A stretch of 64,000 nt of DNA from Nitrosopumilaceae archaeon (GTDB lineage: Archaea > Thermoproteota > Nitrososphaeria > Nitrososphaerales > Nitrosopumilaceae). Both the position numbers and the translations under genes were made by a program. Location: assembly GCA_965208905.1 (NCBI GenBank), contig OZ242365.1:416001-480000 (forward strand), in the 5' to 3' direction. The stretch's first letter is position 1. The number at the start of each line of letters is the position of its first letter. The notes under the pieces are model-generated. The model did no database searches. It worked only from the letters and a program-made list of their open reading frames with translations, and was not told the origin of the DNA. Of this stretch, positions 1 through 10,616 are shown piece after piece.

Positions 1-957
1 CGTGGTCATATCCTGTATAGAGAGTGATTCGGCCACGACTGCGTCCACACCATTGGTTATCTGTACAATCGTCTGATTTATGGTGTTCGCAGCTATGTTG
101 TTGGCCTTCCTGTATAGCCGCTTTATTTGGTCATTCAATATATGCCACTTCCGGCCATGTCGTGTCTTGCGGTCGCGCAAACTCTTTAGCGCGTCAATCT
201 CCCGCAGGATTGCTCTATGGCGGGTGTTGTGTATTGTAACATTACCATTTGTGTCGACAGTGACGGCGAGATGCTTGCCTCCCACATCGACACCCCGTAT
301 TGTACCAGTATTGCGGTGCGACTCTACCGGTTCATGTATGGCAATATGCAGCTCAAACATGTGGTCTGACGGCTTTGTATGCTTGTCCACCCGTTTGGTG
401 ACATCAACTATCTTGAATGAGCGCATGTCCCATAATACATTGATGGGCTTGGCGGTCTCTACAATACCATATCCGGGGATATGTATGGTGTGCTCGCCTT
501 TCTGTATAGGCGGTGTAACGGAACTCAATATGATGCGGCCGTCTTTGCGGCGGTATGGCGCGTGGCCGGAGTTGTCATCTACAACTCTTCCACATGCGAT
601 AGAGGCATCCTGTATGGCGCCCCTACCAAACGATGTGGGGCACTCGCGCAGCCATGCATGTTCAGCGCGCCACTCCGTAAGCTGCTTGAACATGCCGTAC
701 TTTAATGCCCTCTTTGACGGCCCAAAGTCATATGTCTGATAGTCATCTTCCAGTGTACCTGATGTAAAATCGTCCAGTGTGTTTGGTAGTTTGAAGGGCT
801 GTAGTATGTCCACTACCACCCTCCCCATATATTCGCCACCAAACAAATACTCTGATACGGCCCGGTTGTACACATATCTTGACGCATGATTCGTGCGGTG
901 CGCCCACTTGGCGAATGACACATCCCTTCGTAGCGGTACCTTGACTACCCGTATCAT
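1..957 (-). CDS. tnpB: TnpB RNA-guided endonuclease, family A, partial (runs off the window start)
   Basis: ATG at 957 reads MIRVVKVPLRRDVSFAKWAHRTNHASRYVYNRA...; close paralogue of 40076-41428; RuvC-I GVDVGGKHL present. Confidence 0.9.
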   Translation of the reverse strand, partial: MIRVVKVPLRRDVSFAKWAHRTNHASRYVYNRAVSEYLFGGEYMGRVVVDILQPFKLPNTLDDFTSGTLEDDYQTYDFGPSKRALKYGMFKQLTEWRAEHAWLRECPTSFGRGAIQDASIACGRVVDDNSGHAPYRRKDGRIILSSVTPPIQKGEHTIHIPGYGIVETAKPINVLWDMRSFKIVDVTKRVDKHTKPSDHMFELHIAIHEPVESHRNTGTIRGVDVGGKHLAVTVDTNGNVTIHNTRHRAILREIDALKSLRDRKTRHGRKWHILNDQIKRLYRKANNIAANTINQTIVQITNGVDAVVAESLSIQDMTT

Positions 958-1068
958 AATGTGTAATACGGTATACTGGTATTTAAGGAGAGTTGCTGTA
1001 TGGACGCGTTCCGTGGTTCAGGAAGTAACTCTCAGAATCGGGGTTGTGTACTTTTGTATATAATTCCC
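1..1068 (-). mobile_element. TIR-bounded tnpB element, family A, partial copy
   Basis: 24-bp end TGTGTACTTTTGTATATAATTCCC at 1045-1068 is identical to 41513-41536; similarity stops exactly there. Confidence 0.9.
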
Positions 1069-1106
1069 TACCTTAACAATATAAGACATAATACAAAATA
1101 TAGCAT

Positions 1107-2834
1107 ATGGTTGAGGAGGAACTATCCCAAATCTCAATAACGGAGTTTGAGAATATATGGATGCTCTTTCTGTCTTCTACATCGATACAGGTTGCTTTTG
1201 TAGTACTGATATCGGGTATGATTGGTATAATTAGCGGGTATAGAAAGTTCTCCAATTGGGTTACCGGTCAAAAATTCTACTATGAGAGACCACATGCGTC
1301 ACGGTTCCTGCGGCGGGTTGCCTTACCATTCTTTGCCATCGCACTTATCACATCATTTAATGTGTATACACAATTTACTTTGAGTAGTGCAGAGACGCAT
1401 AATGTGGCCGCCGAGGAGACACTATCAAAGATACTGAATACCTTCAATATACTGGTTATAGGGTATACTGTAGCACATCTTGTTCCTATAATACTGAACA
1501 AGATTGAGAAGAGAAAGCTGGAAGAGTTGGATTTTGATATATGGTTTGAGATGCGTGGGTTTGTTGATGACGCTGATGGGTTCTTCCATAAATTATACAG
1601 ATGGGTTCCGCCCCGAACCGCCCCCGAAGAGATAGGCGAAGAGAGATTCACTGAACTACTCAAAACACCCGAAGGCATCTTGTATCTAGAAGCGTTTAGG
1701 ACATCAAAGGGGGTCTCTATAGGTAGTTATGAGGAACTACAGGATGATACATTTGAGACCTGGAAGAAGTCTGAGAGAAGAAAGTTTGAAAAATATTACA
1801 ACGACTGCATAAGTGGGGACAACCAGTCGGGCAGAAAACTAAAACCCAACTCCATACCACGCGAGATATTCTCCATAGATATATGGCGGGAAGAGAAACG
1901 CCTGAACGGTTATGATTATGTGGTGCCAGGTGCCCGACCCCCTGGCCACGCAACAAGAAAGAAGAAGGATGCGCCCATGTCCTTACAACGCATCTTACCA
2001 TTGGTTATATTCGCCGCCGTTGGATTGGGAGTTGCTGCCTCATGGGGCATAGACTTGTTTGTTCTGGCTACTGCCACCGGCGGCTTCTCCATAGGGTTGG
2101 GACTGGCACTACAAGAGACGATGCAGAACTACTTTGCGTATATAACTATACGGAAAGACAAGATAGTCGTTGAGGGTGACCGTATAAAGTTGGAGAGCGG
2201 TTACAATGGGAATGTGCACAAGATAACTCCACGAGTTACATATATCATGGACCCACTATACGAGTCTGTCGCCATAATTCCGACCAGGCAGCTGGTTGCC
2301 ACCCAGATTGTAAACTATACAAAAGAACACCATGTGGTTCCGGCAGTGGTATCTGTGGGGGTATCATACTTGAACAACCCCCGTCAGGTGGCATCTATTC
2401 TACATAAGGTGGGAGTACGCGCCATGCGTGAAATTGTCGATGACAAAGGCAGGCACATCATACGACAACATCGATGTCCAAACTTGGATGAAAACAAGGC
2501 CAGTTGTGGTTGTGATCGAGACGTACACGAAAATCTGTCACAACCTATTGTACGCTTTTCGAACTTTGGCGACTCGGCTTTGGACTTTACTGTGCTGGTT
2601 TACGTTCGTAACTATGGATCCCAGTTCAAGACTAAAACTGAGATGCGGGTTATGATATATGAAGAGTTTGAAAAATACGACATTCGTATACCCTGGCCTA
2701 TCCGAACCATATACAACAGCAATGAGGCTCAGGAACGTGAAGATATAGCCAAACGTGATAAAGCCCGTGAAAAGTTGATGAAAGAGTATAATGTGTTTGA
2801 TATTGTTCCGAGTGATGATGGTTCAACAGAATAG
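1107..2834 (+). CDS. mscS: MscS-family mechanosensitive ion channel
   Basis: TM helices, GLGLALQETMQNYFA, GDRI..GYNGNV..I, FGDSALDF and IRIPWP motifs. Confidence 0.85.
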   Translation: MVEEELSQISITEFENIWMLFLSSTSIQVAFVVLISGMIGIISGYRKFSNWVTGQKFYYERPHASRFLRRVALPFFAIALITSFNVYTQFTLSSAETHNVAAEETLSKILNTFNILVIGYTVAHLVPIILNKIEKRKLEELDFDIWFEMRGFVDDADGFFHKLYRWVPPRTAPEEIGEERFTELLKTPEGILYLEAFRTSKGVSIGSYEELQDDTFETWKKSERRKFEKYYNDCISGDNQSGRKLKPNSIPREIFSIDIWREEKRLNGYDYVVPGARPPGHATRKKKDAPMSLQRILPLVIFAAVGLGVAASWGIDLFVLATATGGFSIGLGLALQETMQNYFAYITIRKDKIVVEGDRIKLESGYNGNVHKITPRVTYIMDPLYESVAIIPTRQLVATQIVNYTKEHHVVPAVVSVGVSYLNNPRQVASILHKVGVRAMREIVDDKGRHIIRQHRCPNLDENKASCGCDRDVHENLSQPIVRFSNFGDSALDFTVLVYVRNYGSQFKTKTEMRVMIYEEFEKYDIRIPWPIRTIYNSNEAQEREDIAKRDKAREKLMKEYNVFDIVPSDDGSTE

Positions 2835-2839
2835 TCATG

Positions 2840-4352
2840 GGTTCCTACTGCAAGCACGGGGGTTCCCGCATCCACAATACATCACACGTCACGCCAGAGG
2901 ACGACGGTGCATGATACATCTCGTTCCCCGGTCTGTGCTTGACGTTTCTCAGGGGAGCTGATGCGAGAACCCTCCACGTCCAGACACCCCTTAACATGGG
3001 TGCTGCCGGTATGGTCCGGCAAGTTTCGTAAGTTTAGTTGACCATGCATGGCCTCTGAGCCCAACTTTTTTAGCCCCGCATCCTCTATGTTTGAGCCCGC
3101 ATTACAGTCGGCATGATACGTGTAGCCACACTTCTTACACAAGAATTTTCTACCATCCCGGTTATCCTTATGTGTATAACCGCACGAGTAGCACCGTTGA
3201 CTTGTATACGCTGCCGCAACCCAAATTATTTCGCCAGCCAACTTGTACGCCAACAGTAATGCCAACAGCCCCCAGCACTGCTCCAGGATGGCCTTATTGA
3301 GACCAGATTTCTGCGCAACGTTTTTGCCGGGGTTTTCTTCCGTACCCTTGGCGGACTTTGCCATGTTTTGTATAGGAAGTTTTTCAAAGGCCGCATGTGT
3401 GGTGCTGTCCGATATAACGCGTGATATTTTATGCGCGGTGGTCTTTCGAATATTTGCGGCTTTGCGTTTGTTCTTGGCGGCACGTTTGCTGGCTTTGGCC
3501 CACCGTCGGGAGCCGGGCTTACGATTCGTATGGTTGGGTTTCTGCCTGCGTGACGCTATCTTTTGTGCCTTAGAGGCTGTTTTTCGGCGTTGTTCATGCG
3601 GCGTGCCACCTTTTCGGGTATTATCATCACACAGTCAGGTGTGGCCACATTACCGACATTCCGGTCTATACCAATAACAGTCGGTTCCGTCACGGTTGGC
3701 TTCTCATCGGGTATATCACAAGATATGGTAATCCTCCACCCACCATCCGGTAGTTGAAACAGTTGTGCCGTCTTGTATCGGTAATTCAAGACGGGAAACT
3801 CCCGCGACAGTTTAACCTCGCCCATCTTAGCTATCTTGACTGTACGTTCGCCAGTGAAGCGCGCTTGACCAATAGTGCCATCATGCGTTATTGTAAACGG
3901 GATGGAGATGTGACCTCCATATTTCTTAAAGTGCGGTTCACCAAACTCCGCCTTAGGTTTGATGTTGACAGCCTTCAGCTTCTCTGTTTCCACATATTGG
4001 TCATAATGCCTGCCCAAGTCATGTAATACTTGGCGCGTCACCCCGGATATGGATTGACGCATCCAACGCGGACCTGAATCGTTGCGCAAGTCCGTATACC
4101 ACGCGTTTATCCTACCACGCGTAGTGTTGACCCTCCCAGCTCGACGGTACTCTTCCTTGAAGGTTCCCAATAGTTTGTTATACACGTACCTGTCCACGCC
4201 GGCCTGTCTGGCCAACATCTCCTTCTTGAACCCTTTACGGAATCTAACGCCGAATGTGTATGTGCGTAGTACCATTAGCGTACAGTACGGTCTACATGTT
4301 TAAAAAGATAGTTGAGATGTGATACATAACACCCGTCCTTGCGGGAGGAACC
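2840..4352 (-). mobile_element. TIR-bounded tnpB element, family B, copy 1
   Basis: Ends read inward GGTTCCTACTGCAAGCACGGG and GGTTCCTCCCGCAAGGACGGG (18/21); flanks TAGTCATG (2832-2839) and TAATCATG (4353-4360), 7/8 TSD. Confidence 0.9.
2882..4275 (-). pseudogene. tnpB: TnpB family B, frameshifted
   Basis: Split into ORFs 3556-4275 and 2882-3364; T5 run at 3580-3584 versus A6 in the intact copy. Confidence 0.85.
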
Positions 4353-4397
4353 TAATCATGCAAGATTTATGAATCCGCCAAATAATACGTCATACTA

Positions 4398-5273
4398 TTG
4401 ACAAAAACCACTGTAATTGTTGGCAGCTCCCCCACAGAGTTGGCTCACAGTATAGCGCAGAGATTAGATGCTGACATTGTGACCTCGAAGATTAAAAGAT
4501 TTCCTGACGGTGAGTCAAAGATAACACTCTCTGGCGAACCTTCGGGCAGATGCATAGTGGTGCAGTCTACGCACCCGCCTGTGGACACCAATACCATACT
4601 TGCATTCTCTTTGGTGTTGCAGGCTGCTAAACAGTCTGATGATGTAACAGCCGTCATACCCTACATGGGGTATGGTCGGCAGGACAAGGAGTTTCTGCCT
4701 GGCGAATTAGTTACCATTCAAGGAGTAGCAAAACTCTTTCTATTGGCCGGGGCAAAGAACATACTAACTGTAGACATTCATAGTATGACTGCTCTTGATT
4801 ACTTTGGGGGTGGGGCCAAAAACGTCTCGGCCATACCCTCCCTAGCCGAATATATTCTCACAATGAACTTGGAGCGCCCACTGGTTGTATCACCGGATCA
4901 GGGCGGGATAGATAGAGCAGATAAATTTGCCCACATACTAAATGCTGAGAGTTTTGCCTTAGAGAAGAGGCGGGATAGAGAGACCGGCGATGTTAAAATA
5001 CAAAACAGTAAGGTGAACGTCCATAACCGTAATATTATTTTGGTGGATGATATGGTGAGTACCGGAGGAAGTATAGTCAAGGCTGCTCAATTTTTGATAA
5101 GTCAAGGATGCGCCGATATCTATGTAGCCTGTACTCATGCCCTCTTGGTAAATGATGCACTACAAAACATCAAAGATGCCGGTGTACAAAAGGTAATCAG
5201 CACCAACACAATACCTAATAGTACTACCTCTGTGGATGTATCCGCAACAATAACAGATGCCCTCCAGGCTTGA
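4398..5273 (+). CDS. prs: ribose-phosphate pyrophosphokinase
   Basis: FPDGE, PYMGYGRQDK, VDIHS, SPDQGG, ILVDDMVSTGGS motifs. Confidence 0.95.
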   Translation: MTKTTVIVGSSPTELAHSIAQRLDADIVTSKIKRFPDGESKITLSGEPSGRCIVVQSTHPPVDTNTILAFSLVLQAAKQSDDVTAVIPYMGYGRQDKEFLPGELVTIQGVAKLFLLAGAKNILTVDIHSMTALDYFGGGAKNVSAIPSLAEYILTMNLERPLVVSPDQGGIDRADKFAHILNAESFALEKRRDRETGDVKIQNSKVNVHNRNIILVDDMVSTGGSIVKAAQFLISQGCADIYVACTHALLVNDALQNIKDAGVQKVISTNTIPNSTTSVDVSATITDALQA

Positions 5274-5408
5274 ACAAGTCCGTACTGAGTCAAGGCTGGG
5301 GTGTGCTTGCCGCCAGGCTGTCAACCTACGCGCATGTCTGTGGGACAAGCGCTGTAGATGGGACAGTTCCTATAGATTAATAACGAATAATCGAATGAAT
5401 CAAACAGC

Positions 5409-5482
5409 GGGCCGGTCGTCTAGTCGGTTAGGATACCGCCTCGACACGGCGGTGGTCGTGAGTTCGAATCTCATCCGGCCCA
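5409..5482 (+). tRNA. tRNA-Val(GAC)
   Basis: Acceptor stem GGGCCGG/CCGGCCC, anticodon stem CCGCC/GGCGG with loop TCGACAC, T-loop GTTCGAATC, followed by CCA. Confidence 0.93.
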
Positions 5483-5490
5483 CCATACTA

Positions 5491-5994
5491 TTATTGCATC
5501 ATGGAAGACTCAAAGTTAACTTCCACAATAGCCCATGCCGATTCTACCGTGATCAAACCACTAGCGGCGTACTCTTGTATGTTATTACTAACTATATTCT
5601 GATATTGCGCGCCACCATCTGCTGTTATTGTCATCGTACTCTTTAGTGGTATGGATGCGCCACCATAGAACGCAGCCCTACCAGGCATTGCAATATCTTC
5701 AGTAGAGTATTGCCCAGCGCCTATTACTTGGCCGTCCCCAAACAACTCGTATGATATGGATGGTACGGTGAAAGTCTTATCAGTAGGATTAGTCACTAAG
5801 AACGTCACTTGTAATGTTGCAGTATTCTGTATGTTGTTGATATTAGTGATCTGAACACTCTCCAACTCGATCTCTACTTGTTCTAGAAATGGGTTATCCA
5901 AACTACTATAATATACAATTCCGCCCATAAGGGCCAACATGGCCGCAATGGCCGCATATACAGTCAGCTTGCTCTGTAGCATCATACTAGACAA
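5491..5994 (-). CDS. membrane-anchored LEA type 2-like protein
   Basis: N-terminal TM helix; V.NP....F.V..ISYEL..DG..IG.G pattern. Confidence 0.65.
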   Translation of the reverse strand: MSSMMLQSKLTVYAAIAAMLALMGGIVYYSSLDNPFLEQVEIELESVQITNINNIQNTATLQVTFLVTNPTDKTFTVPSISYELFGDGQVIGAGQYSTEDIAMPGRAAFYGGASIPLKSTMTITADGGAQYQNIVSNNIQEYAASGLITVESAWAIVEVNFESSMMQ

Positions 5995-6349
5995 TAGGAC
6001 AATTTACCTAAATAGCTTCACATGTGAAGAACCATCTGTGGCCGGATCCGCCCTGAATGACACGTATGCCGGCTTTTTCTGGCACACTATGACTCCAAAC
6101 AGATTCTTTTTTGCCTTCCCGTTGACTCTCAGGTAGTAGTATCTGCTTTGCGGACCCGCGAGCGGATTTAGCCTCTTCGCAACAGCGCTTATCAAGTCAG
6201 AAATATTATTTCACATTGTGGTTTGACTTTGCCAGAATCACCTCTTGATATGGGCCGTCCTAGGCGTCTATATTGAACAGTTTAGATCATTACTCAACTA
6301 TAAGAGATTTTTACATAAACTCTAATATTTCTTGAAAATTATTATAAGC

Positions 6350-6844
6350 ATGGCTATGGAGCAGGCACTCATTACTTGGGTGCATCTGGTAGCTTCGGCT
6401 ATCTGGGTGGGCGGCTCCATATTCTTGGGAGTGATACTCTCACCAATACTACGTCAAGTGACACCAAACATAGAGGAGCGCTTACGCCTTATGATACTGG
6501 TAGGGAGGCGATTTAACAAGATAGCCATACCTTCTCTGATAGTTTTGGTGGCAACGGGCATATACAACTCCCGCGTCTTATTGGCCAATTACACATTACT
6601 GGATGATTCAAGCTACGGTGTATTTCTTATTATAAAGATGACGCTGGTTGCAATGTTGGTTGTAGTATATCTGACACACGTTCGTATAATTCGTCAAGAT
6701 GTTGTAGATAAAATAATGTCAAAAAATATGGAAGAGTCCGAGTTAAAGCGCCTTCGGATTAAGATCATAATACTAGGCGAAATCACCGTTGTTCTCTCGA
6801 TAGCCATACTCTTCTTTGCAGCCTTATTGGATGCGGGCGTCTGA
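6350..6844 (+). CDS. CopD/DUF4149-like membrane protein
   Basis: WVHLVASAIWVGGSIF, RRF...., LVATGIYN, LIIKM; four TM helices. Confidence 0.75.
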   Translation: MAMEQALITWVHLVASAIWVGGSIFLGVILSPILRQVTPNIEERLRLMILVGRRFNKIAIPSLIVLVATGIYNSRVLLANYTLLDDSSYGVFLIIKMTLVAMLVVVYLTHVRIIRQDVVDKIMSKNMEESELKRLRIKIIILGEITVVLSIAILFFAALLDAGV

Positions 6845-6927
6845 TGTTAAAATAGTCTTGCAGGCAGAGATTTCCATCTAATGAGTTGGTAACCTACGCG
6901 ACGTTTAGTTACCAGCCCACCATCTAA

Positions 6928-8271
6928 CTATGAGAGACTGTACTTTTCTTTCATCTCTTGGTCAAAGAAGAACGAGTCTTCAAAGACAGGCTTTAGGTCA
7001 TCAAGCCATATGGCATCCTCGTCGTACTTTGCAAAGAACGGCCTCTGCACCCAGTCAGGGTTTCGTCCCTGAAGGAAGCGTAACTGCATTACTCTTTGAC
7101 CATTGATGGTGGGCGTGCCTTCTATCATCACCTTTCCTGGCGTCGCAGACATGCTAGGGCCACGAACCGTTCTCCCCAGACCACTTGTCTTCATGTACGC
7201 GGTACGGAATATGTTGTGCGCACGTACTAGGGGTACGCCAAAGTAGTGCTGCGCACCAGTGTCCCGTACTACAAACATGTAGTATGGAATACAACCCATC
7301 TGCACTTGAAGGTGCCACATACGTGACCACATTTCAGCGTCATCATTTATGTGGGCCAAAAGAGGCGACTGTGTCCTTATCTGCGCACCGGTACGTCGCA
7401 CGGCTTGGATGGCATCCTTTAGGGCAGGAGTGGTCATCTCGTTGATGTGATTAAAGTGCGCCATTATTGCGACTTGAAGTCCACTTTGTGTAATTCGATC
7501 AAAGATGTCTAACATCTCATCGGCATCCTTGTCTGTAAGGAATTTGTAAGGCCAGTAAGAGAGTGATTTTGTACCAATGCGAATAGTCCTTAGATTTGGA
7601 ATTTTTGCCTCAAGTAATGTGTCTACGTACGCTCCAAACATCCGTGCGCTCATTATCATGGGGTCGCCACCAGTGAATAAAATATCGGATATCTCCGGAT
7701 GTTCCTGAACATACTGAACTAACTGCTCGCCCTCCTTCATCGCAAACTTCATCTCATCCATTCCCACAAATTGAGGCCAGCGAAAACAGAAACTACAATA
7801 CGCATGACACGTCTGACTCTGACTGGGAAAGAAGAGGCATGTCTCTTTGTATTTGTGTTGCATTCCGTATAGCTTTGTCCCATCCTTCAACTGGGGAACG
7901 TTCAACTCCATCTGGCCTGCCGGGTGCGGATTTAGTTTAAGGCGTATCTCATTGGCCGCCTCGGATATCTCTTTTCGGTCACCGCCACTCTCCAATACAG
8001 ATGCCATCTTGGCATAATGATGAGGCTTGAGCATACCTTTTTGGGGGAACGTGAGTACGAACATGGGATCATTGGGAATATCGCCCCAATCTATCAGCTG
8101 TTCAATGACGTAGTTGTTGGCTTTAAACGGGAGAACGTTGCCGACCACCTCCATCTCAAACTTCTTCTCTTCTGGCATCTCTTGAATTTGTGGTATCTTA
8201 CGAAAGTTAGCTAGTGTATATGAGCCCAAATGTGGAGATTCATCCCAGACGGTTTCCTGATAAGTCAACAT
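6928..8271 (-). CDS. KamA-family radical SAM protein (lysine 2,3-aminomutase-like)
   Basis: HKY..T.LFFP, CHAYCSFCFR (CxxxCxxC), TGGDP, RIGTK, HFNH, QSPLL, PYY. Confidence 0.9.
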   Translation of the reverse strand: MLTYQETVWDESPHLGSYTLANFRKIPQIQEMPEEKKFEMEVVGNVLPFKANNYVIEQLIDWGDIPNDPMFVLTFPQKGMLKPHHYAKMASVLESGGDRKEISEAANEIRLKLNPHPAGQMELNVPQLKDGTKLYGMQHKYKETCLFFPSQSQTCHAYCSFCFRWPQFVGMDEMKFAMKEGEQLVQYVQEHPEISDILFTGGDPMIMSARMFGAYVDTLLEAKIPNLRTIRIGTKSLSYWPYKFLTDKDADEMLDIFDRITQSGLQVAIMAHFNHINEMTTPALKDAIQAVRRTGAQIRTQSPLLAHINDDAEMWSRMWHLQVQMGCIPYYMFVVRDTGAQHYFGVPLVRAHNIFRTAYMKTSGLGRTVRGPSMSATPGKVMIEGTPTINGQRVMQLRFLQGRNPDWVQRPFFAKYDEDAIWLDDLKPVFEDSFFFDQEMKEKYSLS

Positions 8272-8354
8272 AACATATACGTATAATCTATCTTTAAAGT
8301 TATTCATATGGTTCTTATTGCAAACATGGGTATTGAGAGCGCCACACCACAAAC

Positions 8355-8720
8355 GCCTTTTTAAGCACCCAAACCGTACTGTACACTAATAATTCCATGC
8401 ATCTACACTTTCGGCGTTAGATTCCGTAAAGGGTTCAACATGGGAATATTGGAGCGGCAGTTGGGTATGGACAGGTACGCGCATAACAAACTGTTAGAAA
8501 CCTTCAAGGAGGAATATCGTAGAACTGGTAGAGTGAATACGACGTGTGGCAGGATAAACGCCTGGTATATTGACCTGCGCAACACATCAGGACATCTACA
8601 TCAAATTATGGCACAGGCTGTCCAAAGGACGGGCGTCAAACCCCGGCCAACAAGGAACATCTCATGGAATCTCCTCTGGATGGCAACTCGCCAACATTTG
8701 TCGTACGGCAGGCTGTCATA
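8355..8720 (+). pseudogene. tnpB: degenerate, internally deleted tnpB family B relic
   Basis: 8355-8590 aligns with the promoter and 5' coding part of 26045-26280; about 8620-8650 (CCAAAGGACGG..AAACCCCGGC) matches the AKGTEENPGK region. Confidence 0.7.
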
Positions 8721-8786
8721 TCCCTCTAAGATTTGACAGCTCCTCGAGGACGATATATTAGTGGGATACATCCTGTGGTTAGAGTT

Positions 8787-9788
8787 ATGGCAAAGAAGAA
8801 AGTTGTTGCTTTGTTGTCTGGAGGTTTAGATAGTCAGCTGGCGGTACGAATGATGCAGAAGCAAGGCTTTGAAGTATCCGCAGTAGCGATAAAGACCCCC
8901 TTCTGCGACTTTGATTGTGGACGTGGTTGTGGCTTTGAGATACGAGAGAGGGCAGATGACCTGAATGTCAACCTCAAGACCGTATATCTAGGTGATGAGT
9001 ACATCAAGATGCTCAAAAATCCAAAGTATGGTAGGGGAGCTGGTTTCAACCCCTGCGTAGACTGCCGAGCCATGATGTTTGATGCTGCAAAAGAACACAT
9101 GGAAGAGATAGGAGCTGATTTTGTAATATCTGGTGAAGTTGTGGGCCAGAGGCCAATGAGTCAACATAGAAGAGCCCTCAAAACCATAGAAGAAGAGTCT
9201 GAACTTGATGGTGTAATTGTAAGGCCCCTCTCAGGAGGACTACTGCCAGCCACCAAACCCGAAAAGGATGGACTCATACAGCGGAAGGATTTGGGTATGA
9301 TTAGGGGCAGGAGTCGAAAACCGCAACTGGCAATGGCTAAAGAGTTTGGTATACGAGACCCGCCCAATGCGGGAGGTGGATGCCTGCTGACAGACCCGGG
9401 CTTTGGATTACGCGCCGAGGATCTTTTTTCACATATAGAGACCCCTACAATCAACGATATAGATTTGCTAAAAGTAGGCAGGCATTATCGTTTAGACCAG
9501 CAGACAAAGATGGTTATAGGACGAAACAAGACGGAGAATCATACAATACAGATGCTAGCTTTACCCAATGATATAACACTAGAAGTCAGAGATCATATGG
9601 GCCCCACCACCATACTACGGGGTGATACCGCCAAAGATTATGTAGAGTTTGCCGCATCAGTTACACTGAGATACTCTGATGCGCCTGATGGGTATGGAGT
9701 CGTAACAGTCTTGGGCAACACAAAGACCGAGTGTAAGGTGAAAGCCGCCATCGAAGACGACTATCTAAAATACCGAATCAATCCATAA
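8787..9788 (+). CDS. tRNA thiolation PP-loop protein (ThiI/MnmA-like, DUF814 C-terminus)
   Basis: LLSGGLDS, NPCVDCR, GEVVGQRPMSQ, GGGCLLTD, LKVGRH. Confidence 0.85.
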   Translation: MAKKKVVALLSGGLDSQLAVRMMQKQGFEVSAVAIKTPFCDFDCGRGCGFEIRERADDLNVNLKTVYLGDEYIKMLKNPKYGRGAGFNPCVDCRAMMFDAAKEHMEEIGADFVISGEVVGQRPMSQHRRALKTIEEESELDGVIVRPLSGGLLPATKPEKDGLIQRKDLGMIRGRSRKPQLAMAKEFGIRDPPNAGGGCLLTDPGFGLRAEDLFSHIETPTINDIDLLKVGRHYRLDQQTKMVIGRNKTENHTIQMLALPNDITLEVRDHMGPTTILRGDTAKDYVEFAASVTLRYSDAPDGYGVVTVLGNTKTECKVKAAIEDDYLKYRINP

Positions 9789-10042
9789 TTTGTTATATAA
9801 CGACTAAATCAAAGATTGACTAGAGTTCGCACGTTATGAATCTGCGCAAACTGCAAGGTAACAAAATATGATGATATACGCGTACAGTATTGGGTACGCG
9901 TGGAGTATAAAATTAGGTAACATCAAACTATGAATTTATTCCACATCTCCACGACACGGTAATCACTTTGAGCGTGCAGCACACTCGTAGTTTGCCCTAC
10001 AATACATTAACATTATAAATCACCATATAATGGATTTAATCT

Positions 10043-10522
10043 ATGGGGTATCTAAAGAACCATTTAGCTACTTTGGTAACGGGGGTCTTTGCTGCTGTAA
10101 TGACCGTGTTGTGGGCGTGGTTTAACGGATTTGCACCCGTGCTAGACTTTGTCTTTATAATGGCAGTCCCCATATCGTGGTTCTTGGTGATAGTACTCTG
10201 GCTTGCGCAGATGAGTACCGACTATATGCATAATCAGAACCATTCTGCCGAATCAGGTACACATGTAGCACAAAAGACAAAGTCTGTACATAGCATGAGC
10301 CATTCTACTGAGTCGGGTACGCAGGTGGCAGTACAAAACACAGAGATGCAGTCTGCCCGGGAGGATTTGAGTAAAGAGCTGGAGAGTCTAAAGAAGGATG
10401 TTAAATTAAAAGACGAACAGATAGAGCGCCTACAAAAACAGATATCCGCCCTAAAGACACGCGTCGAAATAGAGTCCATACAGGCAGAGTTGGCCCGATT
10501 ACGAGCAATGACATCAGACTAG
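10043..10522 (+). CDS. two-TM membrane protein with C-terminal coiled coil
   Basis: Two hydrophobic helices, short internal repeat HS(A/T)ESGT(H/Q)VA, heptad-rich tail; TATA-like TTATAAAT upstream. Confidence 0.7.
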   Translation: MGYLKNHLATLVTGVFAAVMTVLWAWFNGFAPVLDFVFIMAVPISWFLVIVLWLAQMSTDYMHNQNHSAESGTHVAQKTKSVHSMSHSTESGTQVAVQNTEMQSAREDLSKELESLKKDVKLKDEQIERLQKQISALKTRVEIESIQAELARLRAMTSD

Positions 10523-10616
10523 TGGCAGCACTTTACACCGTGATTTCTTTTACAACTAGGACAGCTATGTGCACCACCATAATGGCATTTACAATCACAT
10601 AACTCTGTGGGGTCAA

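Noticed and set aside
80-739. Long antisense ORFs over tnpB (also 40554-41216, 26594-27109, 3243-3677)
   Set aside because: Shadow frames of the tnpB coding strand with no motifs of their own
3556-3600. Programmed frameshift in tnpB copy 1
   Set aside because: The sister copy is in frame, so a simple indel explains it
6004-6195. 63-aa ORF or structured RNA
   Set aside because: No convincing start, family motif or fold; at most a gene fragment
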